This document shows, one piece after another, positions 8,866 through 18,147 of a DNA stretch of 55,806 nt. Where the stretch lies: UHGV virus genome UHGV-0167626; one strand, given 5' to 3'. Position 1 is the first letter of the stretch; each line of letters opens with the position of its first letter. Position numbers and translations under genes: made by a program. A model generated the notes under the pieces. It ran no database searches. It saw nothing but the letters and a program-made list of their open reading frames with translations, and was not told where the DNA came from. The DNA is from a virus.

Positions 8866-9123
8866 AACTTTTCCCTTTTAAAATTTTGCCTTTCGTGCTA
8901 TCTCCCGACAGGACTAGGGCTACAATGTACTTTATATGTCACTTAAAAAAGGTCCGGTGTGAATGGAGATATTGTGGTGTAAAGAAAAGAATGTCACCGG
9001 ACCAAAGAACTCACGACATATTTTTATACAGGTTCCGCACCCTGTTCCCCCTTACTTCCACCCGGGGCGGTGTTAGGTTTACTTTGTTTAAGCCGGACCA
9101 AACCTTGCTAAATTCCTCCGCCA

Positions 9124-9312
9124 TTACGTATCTTTAGTGTCCCAACTTCTATAACTTCGGTATGGTTTTACCTGCTTCTTCTCCGGCCACATCGCCCAAC
9201 CCAAAATACCGGACATTATTGCGAAAGGAAGACTATGGTACTGCCCTCCGTAAATACTCCCTCCTAATATTCCAAGGGCAAGAAGAAAGGCTAATATTGA
9301 AAAAGTTCTCAT
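9124..9312 (-). CDS. Small two-TM membrane protein
   Basis: Two hydrophobic segments; overlaps upstream stop. Confidence 0.6.
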   Translation of the reverse strand: MRTFSILAFLLALGILGGSIYGGQYHSLPFAIMSGILGWAMWPEKKQVKPYRSYRSWDTKDT

Positions 9313-9581
9313 AGTTTATCAATTATTTTATATGCTTCAATGACTTCCCGGGTTTTTACCCGCCATTTCTGATTCCCATTTCCCTTATCAGGATTAATTA
9401 ACTTCGCTGCAATTGCCTTTTCTAACCTGCTCCGACTGCCCAAATGCCTAATTGCTTCATTCCGGCTCATATATTCCCCGTAAGTTTCGGCAACGGCTTC
9501 CTTGACAACGCTCTTGGTGAAATCAATAAATTCAGCCATCGACATTTCGATACGATCGGTATTTCGGAGGATCAGGTTCAT
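9309..9581 (-). CDS. Excisionase-like winged-helix DNA-binding protein
   Basis: YMSRNEAIRHLG..RLEKAI..KWRV pattern; position after Cro-like gene. Confidence 0.55.
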   Translation of the reverse strand: MNLILRNTDRIEMSMAEFIDFTKSVVKEAVAETYGEYMSRNEAIRHLGSRSRLEKAIAAKLINPDKGNGNQKWRVKTREVIEAYKIIDKL

Positions 9582-9583
9582 AA

Positions 9584-9790
9584 TTATTTTAAGCGTATAA
9601 CATTAATTCCATCTATAACACCCGCACTCGTTGCTTTATAAGAATATCCATCCCGATTAAGAAACCTTACTATTTTTCTTACGTGCATCTCTGTATATTC
9701 CCGGAATGGGACAAAAAGACACGTTCCAGCCTGCATATCTAAAATCTGGCTTTTTAAAGTTTTTGGTTTATTAATTGCTATTTCATCCAT
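9584..9790 (-). CDS. Cro-position small DNA-binding protein
   Basis: First gene of early operon, divergent from repressor; TATCTTTG -7 box at 9858-9865 (minus). Confidence 0.55.
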   Translation of the reverse strand: MDEIAINKPKTLKSQILDMQAGTCLFVPFREYTEMHVRKIVRFLNRDGYSYKATSAGVIDGINVIRLK

Positions 9791-9947
9791 TTTTTTTATG
9801 TTTGTATATTATTTATTTTTTATGCTCATGGATTAGTGTTTTCATCTAATCACAAGGCAAAGATATGGTAATATTTCATTAATTCAAAACATATAGTGCT
9901 AAAAATAGTGATATATTATTTATTTATAAACATTATAAATAACAATC

Positions 9948-10316
9948 ATGGAAGATGAGCGATTTATATCTTATTGCATAGATGCGGTAAATTATATTTT
10001 AGATAATAAAAGGATTACCGACAAAGAATGTGAAGAAAAATTTGGAAAGTATTATGGGGATATGGTATTCAATGAATTAGTTAGACTTAAGGTTGGAAAT
10101 CAGGTAGGATATGGTCCAGTTGAAAAAAATAAAAATACCCATTCTTTTATAGAATATTTTAATAAAAGAATGGAAAATATAAAACAAAAAAAGGCTGATG
10201 CTGCATTAGACAGAGAGAGTAAATGGACATCTATTAAATATACCAAAAGAGCTTATATAATTTCAATTATAGCAATTCTTTTGTCTGTTATATCTATAGT
10301 AGTTTCTTCATTATAG
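9948..10316 (+). CDS. AT-rich protein with C-terminal TM helix
   Basis: ORF ending AYIISIIAILLSVISIVVSSL. Confidence 0.7.
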   Translation: MEDERFISYCIDAVNYILDNKRITDKECEEKFGKYYGDMVFNELVRLKVGNQVGYGPVEKNKNTHSFIEYFNKRMENIKQKKADAALDRESKWTSIKYTKRAYIISIIAILLSVISIVVSSL

Positions 10317-10494
10317 TTATGGCAATAGCGATTAGAGAGAATATAATGGAAATATATGAATATATGATTGTTCGTTTGAGATACCAGATTCTATCTTTCT
10401 CTTTAGGAGAATACCTGTTATTAGTTCGATGATAATGAGTAATTTGTTTGTTTGTTTTCGATTTTTGGAATAAGGTTTTAATTAGCCTGATCAT
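10294..10494 (-). CDS. Small protein with C-terminal TM helix
   Basis: ORF with own TATATTTG box near 10523-10530. Confidence 0.5.
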   Translation of the reverse strand: MIRLIKTLFQKSKTNKQITHYHRTNNRYSPKEKDRIWYLKRTIIYSYISIIFSLIAIAITIMKKLL

Positions 10495-10546
10495 AACAGC
10501 TGAGTTTAAAATTAATTCATTACAAATATATTAATAAATTAATAAT

Positions 10547-11098
10547 ATGTACGAATATGAAACAAGTAAAACAAAACTGAGGCTTACACAGTTTTTAAAA
10601 AAAATAGGGTCTAACAACAATCAATTTGTTGTAAAAATGGGATATGCTCCTAGTTTTTTAAATTCTAAAAGTGGAATATCAGAGGATCGGTTAACAGAAA
10701 TTGCAATAGCATACCCCAATCTTAACATGAATTGGCTTTTAACAGGTGACGGGGAAATGCTTAAAAATATTTCTGAAAATTCAGAAAATAATCTGAAACA
10801 AACGATTTCTGAGGAACGTAATACAGAAAGTACTAACGAAAATCAAGACGTTCCAATGAGTGAGATATTAGAATTTATGAAGCTCGTGTCGTCCAATATG
10901 GATAGCCAATTGAAGTCCTTCCACCTGCAAATGAGTGAACAACGGGTAGAAATGAAAGAACAAAGAAGCATAAAAGTAACATTAAAGTTATTTTCTCCAT
11001 TACTTTCGAAATTTTCCACTTCGGTAGATTCTGCCATTTTTAATACGTCTCCATCCTTATCCTGTACAAACGGGCGTTTTTCAATACCCAAATCCTGA
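10547..11098 (+). CDS. CI-like HTH repressor, C-terminus probably truncated near 10970
   Basis: HTH plus YPNLNMNWLLTGDGEM typical of Bacteroidales phage repressors; tail reads as antisense of a convergent gene. Confidence 0.75.
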   Translation: MYEYETSKTKLRLTQFLKKIGSNNNQFVVKMGYAPSFLNSKSGISEDRLTEIAIAYPNLNMNWLLTGDGEMLKNISENSENNLKQTISEERNTESTNENQDVPMSEILEFMKLVSSNMDSQLKSFHLQMSEQRVEMKEQRSIKVTLKLFSPLLSKFSTSVDSAIFNTSPSLSCTNGRFSIPKS

Positions 11099-11217
11099 TA
11101 CATGTTTTCAGGAAACATAGTGTAGTTTTCCAAAATTTCAGCAACCTTATTACTAATTTCTATTTTTTCGTTGTTTACGAAAACTGCCTTACCTGTTTTG
11201 TAGTTATAAATTTTCAT
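10843..11217 (-). CDS. Hypothetical protein, probably 3'-truncated near 10965
   Basis: Own TATATTTG box near 11256-11263; C-terminus reads as antisense of repressor. Confidence 0.55.
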   Translation of the reverse strand: MKIYNYKTGKAVFVNNEKIEISNKVAEILENYTMFPENMYQDLGIEKRPFVQDKDGDVLKMAESTEVENFESNGENNFNVTFMLLCSFISTRCSLICRWKDFNWLSILDDTSFINSNISLIGTS

Positions 11218-11389
11218 AGCCTTATTTTTTAAAATTATGTATTATTATTTCGATACAAATATAACACATATATTAATATTACACAAGAAAAAACAAAAAT
11301 ATTTTTCACTTATGTATTGAAAAATATAAAATTCTTTCCGGATATACATTATTTATCTATCTTTGTCGATAATATTAAATATAACATAT

Positions 11390-11635
11390 ATGCTAAGAGT
11401 AAAAGAGATTGCAAAGGAGAAAGGAATAACCATGCAGGTGTTAGCCAAACGGATGGGAATAACACAGCCTGGTTTATCTATGCTGCTAAACCGGAATCTT
11501 ACATTACAAAAGTTATGCGAAATAGCTAAGGCTTTAGATGTCCCGGTTTCTGAGTTATTTAAAGAGAAAGAAAGTAGTAGTGTCCGTATTACCTGTCCGC
11601 ACTGCGGGAAATCTGTAACTTTAAAAGTAGAATAG
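11390..11635 (+). CDS. XRE-family HTH protein with CPHCG zinc ribbon
   Basis: RVKEIAKEKGIT..LAKRMGITQPGLS..IAKALDVPVSELF; TATCTTTG upstream. Confidence 0.85.
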   Translation: MLRVKEIAKEKGITMQVLAKRMGITQPGLSMLLNRNLTLQKLCEIAKALDVPVSELFKEKESSSVRITCPHCGKSVTLKVE

Positions 11636-11661
11636 CGGGGCTTAACCTCGCTATTCTACTT
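11625..11661. terminator. Bidirectional hairpin between convergent genes
   Basis: aagtagaatagcgggg / cctcgctattctactt arms. Confidence 0.6.
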
Positions 11662-11860
11662 CGTCCCCCTCTTTTGTAAAGGTCTCCATTTGCTCCAGCT
11701 TTTCCCGGATGGCAATGTTTACGAATCTATTTTTATTACCTACATCCTTAAGTTTTTGCAATATATTTTCTTCTATGCGAAAACTTATCGGTAGCATCGT
11801 CTTTCCTTTCTTTCTCCCTGCCCCCGGTCTGGCTCCGCCACGTTGCTTCTTTTCTTCCAT
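11651..11860 (-). CDS. Small DNA-binding protein (RGGARPGAGRK plus ribbon-helix-helix-like)
   Basis: Motif recognition. Confidence 0.7.
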   Translation of the reverse strand: MEEKKQRGGARPGAGRKKGKTMLPISFRIEENILQKLKDVGNKNRFVNIAIREKLEQMETFTKEGDEVE

Positions 11861-11871
11861 TACTTCTTTTT

Positions 11872-12303
11872 TTACAATTTGTCGTAAGCGTCGTTTGCTA
11901 TAAAAACAGCGTCTTCAATACTTCCATTTTCGATAGTATCTTCGACGATTCTATCAACAAACTTGACGAAAGTTGCATAACCTTTGCCGACAGTCTTTTC
12001 TTCGTATTCTTCTTTCGTAAAATCGATGCCCTCGATTACATCGTATTTAATACTTTTAGCCTCTCTATATTAGAATTCTTCTTCAAAACAGAAATTATTA
12101 AAAAAGTCTTTTTTAAAAGAATCGGTAGGTTCATCCGGCTTTTCGTCGCTTTCCCAAAATTCCTTTGTTACATCGTCGCTCCACGTTTCCCACGCTTCGT
12201 ACAACATATCTGTGTATTTGTCGAAGATTTTGCATTGTTCTATATTCATACCAAAATTGTTTTCTCTTTTACAGATGTCCTTAATTTGTTCTAAAGTTTC
12301 CAT
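11872..12303 (-). pseudogene. 143-codon hypothetical gene with single in-frame TAA
   Basis: Frame stays open for 65 codons after TAA at 12070-12072 and ends just before the next gene. Confidence 0.6.
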
Positions 12304-12548
12304 ATTTTTAAATTTTAAATTATTATTTATTCATTTTCTTCGATACAAAGATAAGACATTGCTTTGAATTATGCAATACTTTTTTCAAAATGTTTTCCAT
12401 GAAATGCGTTATTTGGAATAAGTGTAAATAAAAATAACTATGTATTCGCAAGTTTTAAAGTTGTAATTTGCTTTGTTATTCTTACAAAGAAATTATCTGT
12501 TTATCGTTTTATTATATACATATTGTTTGTTTTATAAATAAAATCATA

Positions 12549-12571
12549 TAATTTTGTTGTAAAATAAACAA
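12549..12571 (+). promoter_or_regulatory. Late promoter -7 box overlapped by TTGTT-N8-AACAA palindrome
   Basis: TAATTTTG at 12549-12556; palindrome 12554-12571; same design at 14419 and 27676. Confidence 0.6.
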
Positions 12572-12580
12572 TATGTAAAA

Positions 12581-13081
12581 ATGGCTGCACCAAAAGGAAA
12601 TCAGTTTTGGAAATTAAGAAGTAAACATGGGCGAGACAAATTATTTGCCACGCCCGATCTACTTTGGCAAGCAGCCTGTGAATATTTTGAATGGTGTGAT
12701 AAACATCCCTGGTATAAGTCGGAAGCAATAAAAAATGGTAAGTCGGTCGGGAAGATTGTAAAAATACCCACGGAACGACCTTACTCGTTAATGGGTTTCT
12801 TGGTATATATTGGAACCTCGCCGTCGTATTGGTATGATTTTAAGGCTGCTAACCATATAGATTTTTCCTGTGTCATTTCGGAAATTGAAAAAATTATAGA
12901 AACGCAACAATTTGAAGGTGCTGCAGTAGGTGCTTTTAATGCTAACATAATTTCCCGCAAACTGGGCCTTATCGATAAGCAGAATATTAGCACGCCGGAA
13001 GGAGAAGCTATTAATATTCGTTCTACAATAGATACGCACAGGATTATATTCGAAAACTACGACAACGAAAAGGAGGAATAA
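12581..13081 (+). CDS. terS: Terminase small subunit
   Basis: MAAPKGNQFW..HGR..EYFEW, AAVGAFNANIISRKLGL (P22 gp3-like). Confidence 0.9.
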   Translation: MAAPKGNQFWKLRSKHGRDKLFATPDLLWQAACEYFEWCDKHPWYKSEAIKNGKSVGKIVKIPTERPYSLMGFLVYIGTSPSYWYDFKAANHIDFSCVISEIEKIIETQQFEGAAVGAFNANIISRKLGLIDKQNISTPEGEAINIRSTIDTHRIIFENYDNEKEE

Positions 13082-13083
13082 TA

Positions 13084-14352
13084 ATGGACCTTGTTTTCCG
13101 CTTTAATCGTATTTATGCACCTGTTTTTAATACAGACAAGAGGTATATAGATATTTGGGGCGGACGTGGCCGGGGTGGTTCACATTTCGGGACAGATTAT
13201 TTTCTAAATCTTATAACGCAACCTAAATATTTCCGTGGCTATTTTGTCCGGCAGGTTTTATCCGACGTCCGGGATAGTCTTTTCCGGGATTTTAAGGACC
13301 GGATTGAAGAAAATAAAAGTATTAATATCGACGATTTTCAGATACGCGATAATGACATGCGTATAACTTACCTACCGACCGGCAACACAATTTTAGCAAA
13401 AGGAGTTAGTAAGGATGGAAGCAGAACAGCAAAAATGAAATCCTTGGCAGGTGCTACACATGTCTTAATAGAAGAATGCGACGAAATTGGCGAGTCAGAC
13501 TTTGATCAGCTTGATTTGTCGTTGCGTACGGTTAAAGCGGATAAAGTACAAATTATAAGGGTATTTAATCCGCCTTCGAAGCGGCATTGGATCTGGAGGG
13601 ATTATAATTTAATAGAAAGTGATATTGAAGGATTCTTCCGTGCTATCCCAAAGGCAACTTCCGATGTCCTTTCGGTATGGAGTACTTACAAAGACAATAT
13701 ATCTAATATTCAAAAGTCTACAATATCGAAATTCGAGTCTTTTTTAGAAAATAACCCTGATTACTATTATAACCAGGTTTGTGGATTAATAAGCGAAGGC
13801 TCTAAGGGTAGGATTTATTCCGGATGGCTCCCAATTCCGGATTCCGAATATAATAAATTGGATTTACCTAAAGTATATGGACTTGATTTTGGATACAGTA
13901 ATGATCCTAATGCGTTTGTAGAGATAAAATACGACGGGCAATATCGGTATGTAAATGAACTACTTTACGAAACAGGATTGGATAATTTAGCTTTAGCACA
14001 GCGTCTGTATGCTTTAGGGATAAGAAAAAATAATCTGATTATTGCAGATACAGGGAACGGAGGAGATCTTAGGATCGCAGAAATCCGGCGCGGGTGGAAA
14101 GAATTTCCTGAATTGAAGTTTAATATAGTCCCAGCAATAAAAGGCCCTGGTTCAATAAAATTCGGTATAAACAAGATAAAATCAGCCAAAATTTACCTGA
14201 CTGAGTCTAGTGCTAATGGATGGAACGAATATCAGGAATACAAATGGCTCCTTGATGCCGATAAGCTCCCTACCGATCAGCCTGTAGATAAATTTAACCA
14301 CATCATGGATGCAATACGTTATACAGAATTAGCCAAGGGATCTTATTTTTAA
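13084..14352 (+). CDS. terL: Terminase large subunit (PBSX-like)
   Basis: GGRG P-loop, IEECDE, FNPP, GLDFG, NHIMDAIRY. Confidence 0.9.
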   Translation: MDLVFRFNRIYAPVFNTDKRYIDIWGGRGRGGSHFGTDYFLNLITQPKYFRGYFVRQVLSDVRDSLFRDFKDRIEENKSINIDDFQIRDNDMRITYLPTGNTILAKGVSKDGSRTAKMKSLAGATHVLIEECDEIGESDFDQLDLSLRTVKADKVQIIRVFNPPSKRHWIWRDYNLIESDIEGFFRAIPKATSDVLSVWSTYKDNISNIQKSTISKFESFLENNPDYYYNQVCGLISEGSKGRIYSGWLPIPDSEYNKLDLPKVYGLDFGYSNDPNAFVEIKYDGQYRYVNELLYETGLDNLALAQRLYALGIRKNNLIIADTGNGGDLRIAEIRRGWKEFPELKFNIVPAIKGPGSIKFGINKIKSAKIYLTESSANGWNEYQEYKWLLDADKLPTDQPVDKFNHIMDAIRYTELAKGSYF

Positions 14353-14362
14353 ATTCAACACA

Positions 14363-14441
14363 TTGTTATTATTTAAACATTTTGCATCAAAAATATTGCT
14401 TAAAATATTTTTTATATATATTTTTGTTTGAAATTAAACAA
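14363..14441 (+). promoter_or_regulatory. Late promoter with two TGTT-N8-AACA sites
   Basis: Sites 14363-14380 and 14424-14441; TATTTTTG at 14419-14426. Confidence 0.6.
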
Positions 14442-14444
14442 GCG

Positions 14445-15794
14445 ATGGGTTTCTTAAATAAACTAAGGAATTTCAGTTTTAGGAGCAAACTAAATGTTGG
14501 GTCAGGGATAGATTCTATCGAAGAAGCTATCCGAAATTATTCTTTTATGGAATGGCGTCCCGGTAATGGCCTGCCTGATATCCACATCGATTTAGACTGT
14601 ATAACAGGTATTACGGAAGCCTATAACAAGTGTTCTTCAATTGCTACAATTATAAACCGTAACTCTTCTGCGCTTGTTAATGGCAAATGGTGGTTAACGG
14701 ATAAAAAAGACAATGATGTATTAAATAAATACAAAGGAATTGCCGCATTACTGGATAAACCTAATCCAATTCAATCTTGGTCGGAGTTCTTAATGCTCGT
14801 GGATGTATACAGGCAATTGTATGGGGAAGCATTTGTTTATGCTGTAGTCCCGGATGGATTTTCTATACAGGATGCTTCGGCACTTTGGGCGATAAATCCA
14901 AAGTACGTAAGTATAAAACTATCCGGTAAAATGTATTTGCAATCTAATGCCGACGAAATAATAGAAGGATATATCTTAAGTGTTAATGGGACAGAAATTG
15001 AAGTAGATAGTAGGTATGTATTGCATATAAGGGATGTGAACCAAAACATTAACATGTCTCCTAACGATATCCGGGGACGTTCCCGTCTTGTCGGGCTAGA
15101 TAAATCCGTAAGAAACATTATACAGGCAGAAGAAGCTATTTATGCACTTAACAAAAACCGTGGAGCCCAAGGGATATTGGCAAACCGATCCAAAGATGCA
15201 ATAGGACATCAGCAAATTGACGACGAAGAAAAAGACAGACTACAACGTAAATTTAATACAAATTACGGACTTCGGTCTAATCAGGATACTGTAATTATTA
15301 CTAATGCAGATTTAGCGTGGCAGCAAATGTCTTTTAATGTAAAAGACCTTATGTTGTTCGAGGGGATAGAAAATAATATAAAGAGGATTGCCGAAGCATT
15401 TAACTATCCGTTTGAACTTTTAAATACAACAAATATAGCTTATTCAAATAAAGTAGAGGCTAAACGCGAACTTTATCAGGGGAATATAATTCCTACTGCA
15501 AAAATATACGCAGAAAAATTCACTTCTTTTTTCCAGATCGATCGTGCATTTTTCGTCGTCGATTTTGCAGATGTAGAATGTCTTAAAAAGACGGAATCAG
15601 AGCGGGCTGACACTATATATAAGCAAAACCAGGCATTTAAAATTGCATACGAGCAAGGTGTAATAAGCCTTGCAGAATGGCGTTTAGCTATCGGCATGGA
15701 TGAAGAAATATATAAACCGGATAAAACGGCAAAAAATATAACAGAAAATGAGCAAGAAACAGGAGAAAATAGAAGCGAAGAAAGCAATGAATAG
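14445..15794 (+). CDS. Portal protein (HK97-like)
   Basis: LLDKPNPIQS, LYGEAF, GRSRL, IAEAFNYPFELL; position. Confidence 0.85.
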   Translation: MGFLNKLRNFSFRSKLNVGSGIDSIEEAIRNYSFMEWRPGNGLPDIHIDLDCITGITEAYNKCSSIATIINRNSSALVNGKWWLTDKKDNDVLNKYKGIAALLDKPNPIQSWSEFLMLVDVYRQLYGEAFVYAVVPDGFSIQDASALWAINPKYVSIKLSGKMYLQSNADEIIEGYILSVNGTEIEVDSRYVLHIRDVNQNINMSPNDIRGRSRLVGLDKSVRNIIQAEEAIYALNKNRGAQGILANRSKDAIGHQQIDDEEKDRLQRKFNTNYGLRSNQDTVIITNADLAWQQMSFNVKDLMLFEGIENNIKRIAEAFNYPFELLNTTNIAYSNKVEAKRELYQGNIIPTAKIYAEKFTSFFQIDRAFFVVDFADVECLKKTESERADTIYKQNQAFKIAYEQGVISLAEWRLAIGMDEEIYKPDKTAKNITENEQETGENRSEESNE

Positions 15795-16482
15795 CAATAA
15801 AGTATTGGTGAAATACTTTTCTGCTAAAGAAATGAAAGATGTGGACCCGGACAACCATATTATCGAAGTTAAATTTGCCGCTTATGGCATGCCTGACAGC
15901 GACCGGGATATCCTGATCAAAGGATGTTTTTCCAAATCAATTTCAGAACGAGGTCCTGAATCGTCGACGAACAGAAAAATAGCTTTTCTTTGGCAACATG
16001 ACATGCACGATCCTATTGGGAAAATTATAAAAATTGAAGAAAAGGATGACGGTGCCTATGCGACTGTACGCCTCAGCAATTTTGATGCTGTGCCTAATGC
16101 CAAGCGTGCTTATTTTCAGCTTAAAGATGGCGATATAAATCAGTTTTCTTTCGGCTTTAGCTATGTCTGGGATAAGATAGAGTACGATGAAGAAAGTGAT
16201 ACATTTATTGTCAAGGAAGTAAAATTGTATGAAATCTCCGTTGTTACCCTGGGTGCAAATGAACTTACTGAATATATAGGGGAATTGGAAAATGAAGATG
16301 AAATAAAGAGTTATCTAAAAGAAATATTAATTAAAGACAAAAATAAGTTTAACAAGATCAAACAGATCATCGTGGATATTGAAGCCGAGCCGGAGCAAGC
16401 GGGACAGCCACCACTCACTTTAAATCAGGGAAATATGTTTGAAAAACTAGCAAAATTAAGTGAAAATGAAAAGAATGATTAA
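15748..16482 (+). CDS. HK97-family prohead protease
   Basis: DSDRDIL, FLWQHD..PIG, FSFGF, LYEISVVTLGAN. Confidence 0.9.
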   Translation: MSKKQEKIEAKKAMNSNKVLVKYFSAKEMKDVDPDNHIIEVKFAAYGMPDSDRDILIKGCFSKSISERGPESSTNRKIAFLWQHDMHDPIGKIIKIEEKDDGAYATVRLSNFDAVPNAKRAYFQLKDGDINQFSFGFSYVWDKIEYDEESDTFIVKEVKLYEISVVTLGANELTEYIGELENEDEIKSYLKEILIKDKNKFNKIKQIIVDIEAEPEQAGQPPLTLNQGNMFEKLAKLSENEKND

Positions 16483-17911
16483 AGATTTGAGAAAAGGAGG
16501 TTTTGCGGGTGCAAAGGCCCGCTATAGCTTTCGATTAGTATGTATTTGTTTCGGATTAATTGCCGTGGCTGCACTATTGTGTGTACTTTCCGGTGGAATT
16601 GGTTTAGGTGCAGGTGCAGTTTTAGCCGGGGTTGTCCCTGTTGGTTTTGCGTTACCGGATGGGGTCGATTTCAATGAAAAGGAAAGAGCCGGATTAAAAG
16701 CGCTGGCAGATCATTTTAATGCTCAGTTTAAATCTTACGTTGATAATAAAATCAATGAGGAAAAACTGATGGAGAAAATGCAGGAAAAATTAAAGAGCTG
16801 GGCTGACGAAAACGGAATCTCGAAGGAGGCTTTTGAAAAAATGCAGAGTTCTTTGAAAGAACAGGGGAAAACAATTACCAGTTTGAAGGAGCAAGGAGTG
16901 CCGGTAAAAGGAGCACGAGGTTTAAAATCCGCGTTTGAAAAGAATTACGACAAATTTGTATCTGCGGTTAAAGATAATAAAGTCGGATTTTGTATAAAAT
17001 CTGTAGATGAACATACTGCAGCAAACATTCAGACTACATCCAATAGCATAACCACTACTTCCGGAGCAACTCTTGCGGAAGAAATAGGAGAGAATAACGA
17101 ATTATTTATGAAACGGCGTGGCCGGGAATACATCCATGATATAGCCAATGTTACCGTTGTTGATGAAGTGCCTGAATCTTTTAACTTTTACGAAGAAGGA
17201 GACGAAAAAGGAGCTATTGCCGTTGTGTCTGAAAATGGATTAAAACCACAGGTACATTTAAGCCTGATTAAAAATAAAGTGGATGCAAAAAAAGCTGCTG
17301 GTTATATCGTTGTTACCGAGGAAATGCTAAAATGGCGTTCGCGTGCCTGGGCCCAAATTCAGCGTCTTTTTAATGATAAAGTATGGAGAGACTATGAGAA
17401 ACTATTGACAGAAGATTTGCTGTCTAATGCAACTGCTTACACTACCACAGCGCTCGATGATACAATTGCTGCACCGACTGATTTTGATGCAATAGTTGCT
17501 TCAGTACTGCAACTTGAAAGCTTGGAATATAGACCGGACGTGCTGATTATTAATCCTGCGGATAAATGGAAACTTGCATTGACTCAGGCAAATAACGGCA
17601 CTTTTATTCTGCCCTATATTCAGAATGGCGGAGAATTTTCTTTGCTTGGTCTTCGTGTAATTACTACTACCCGTATTGCATCCGGAACGTTCCTTATCGG
17701 AGAATCTGATACATGGTTTATTGAAGAAGAAGCACCACAAATAAGGACCGGGCTTGTTAACGACGATCTTATCCACAACCGGATGACAATTATCGGCGAA
17801 TTATTCTTCCTATCCTATGTACCATCTAACAATGCCGGATCTTTTGTTAAGAGTACATTCAGTACAGTAAAAGAAGCATTAAAAGCTCCTGAGGCAGGAG
17901 TTGGAGGATAG
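16466..17911 (+). CDS. Major capsid protein with hydrophobic N-terminal extension
   Basis: Follows protease; ENGLKP, IINPAD, LLGLRV HK97-like motifs. Confidence 0.85.
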   Translation: MKRMIKDLRKGGFAGAKARYSFRLVCICFGLIAVAALLCVLSGGIGLGAGAVLAGVVPVGFALPDGVDFNEKERAGLKALADHFNAQFKSYVDNKINEEKLMEKMQEKLKSWADENGISKEAFEKMQSSLKEQGKTITSLKEQGVPVKGARGLKSAFEKNYDKFVSAVKDNKVGFCIKSVDEHTAANIQTTSNSITTTSGATLAEEIGENNELFMKRRGREYIHDIANVTVVDEVPESFNFYEEGDEKGAIAVVSENGLKPQVHLSLIKNKVDAKKAAGYIVVTEEMLKWRSRAWAQIQRLFNDKVWRDYEKLLTEDLLSNATAYTTTALDDTIAAPTDFDAIVASVLQLESLEYRPDVLIINPADKWKLALTQANNGTFILPYIQNGGEFSLLGLRVITTTRIASGTFLIGESDTWFIEEEAPQIRTGLVNDDLIHNRMTIIGELFFLSYVPSNNAGSFVKSTFSTVKEALKAPEAGVGG

Positions 17912-17916
17912 ATAAC

Positions 17917-17943
17917 TCCGGGGCTTAGGTCCCCGGATAGTTT
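17917..17943 (+). terminator. Hairpin after capsid gene
   Basis: tccgggg/ccccgga stem. Confidence 0.5.
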
Positions 17944-17972
17944 AAATTAGTAACATATTAAAAAATAATACA

Positions 17973-18146
17973 ATGGAAACAAAGGTAGAAAAAGAAGCAA
18001 GAGTTGTTTATAAGGACGATATGGTAAAGATTGTTTATACAAACAAAAGTGTATATCACAAGGAAGGGGAAGAGGATTTTGTGCATCGGTTACAGGCCGA
18101 GAAGTTGGTAAAAAAAGGAGTTGCAAAAATGTCGCGCGGTAACTGA
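17973..18146 (+). CDS. 57-aa head-region protein (absent from ORF track)
   Basis: METKVEKEARVVYKDD...AEKLVKKGVAKMSRGN; fills gap between capsid and next gene. Confidence 0.65.
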   Translation: METKVEKEARVVYKDDMVKIVYTNKSVYHKEGEEDFVHRLQAEKLVKKGVAKMSRGN

Positions 18147-18147
18147 T

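Noticed and set aside
9030..9123. Twister-ribozyme-like CCTAACACCGCC on the minus strand
   Set aside because: Could not build the P4 stem or pseudoknot pairings; kept only as a structured region
2331..12072. Stop-codon reassignment suggested by in-frame stops
   Set aside because: The two stops differ (TAG, TAA), TAG terminates normal genes such as capsid, long genes are intact under code 11, and no suppressor tRNA is seen
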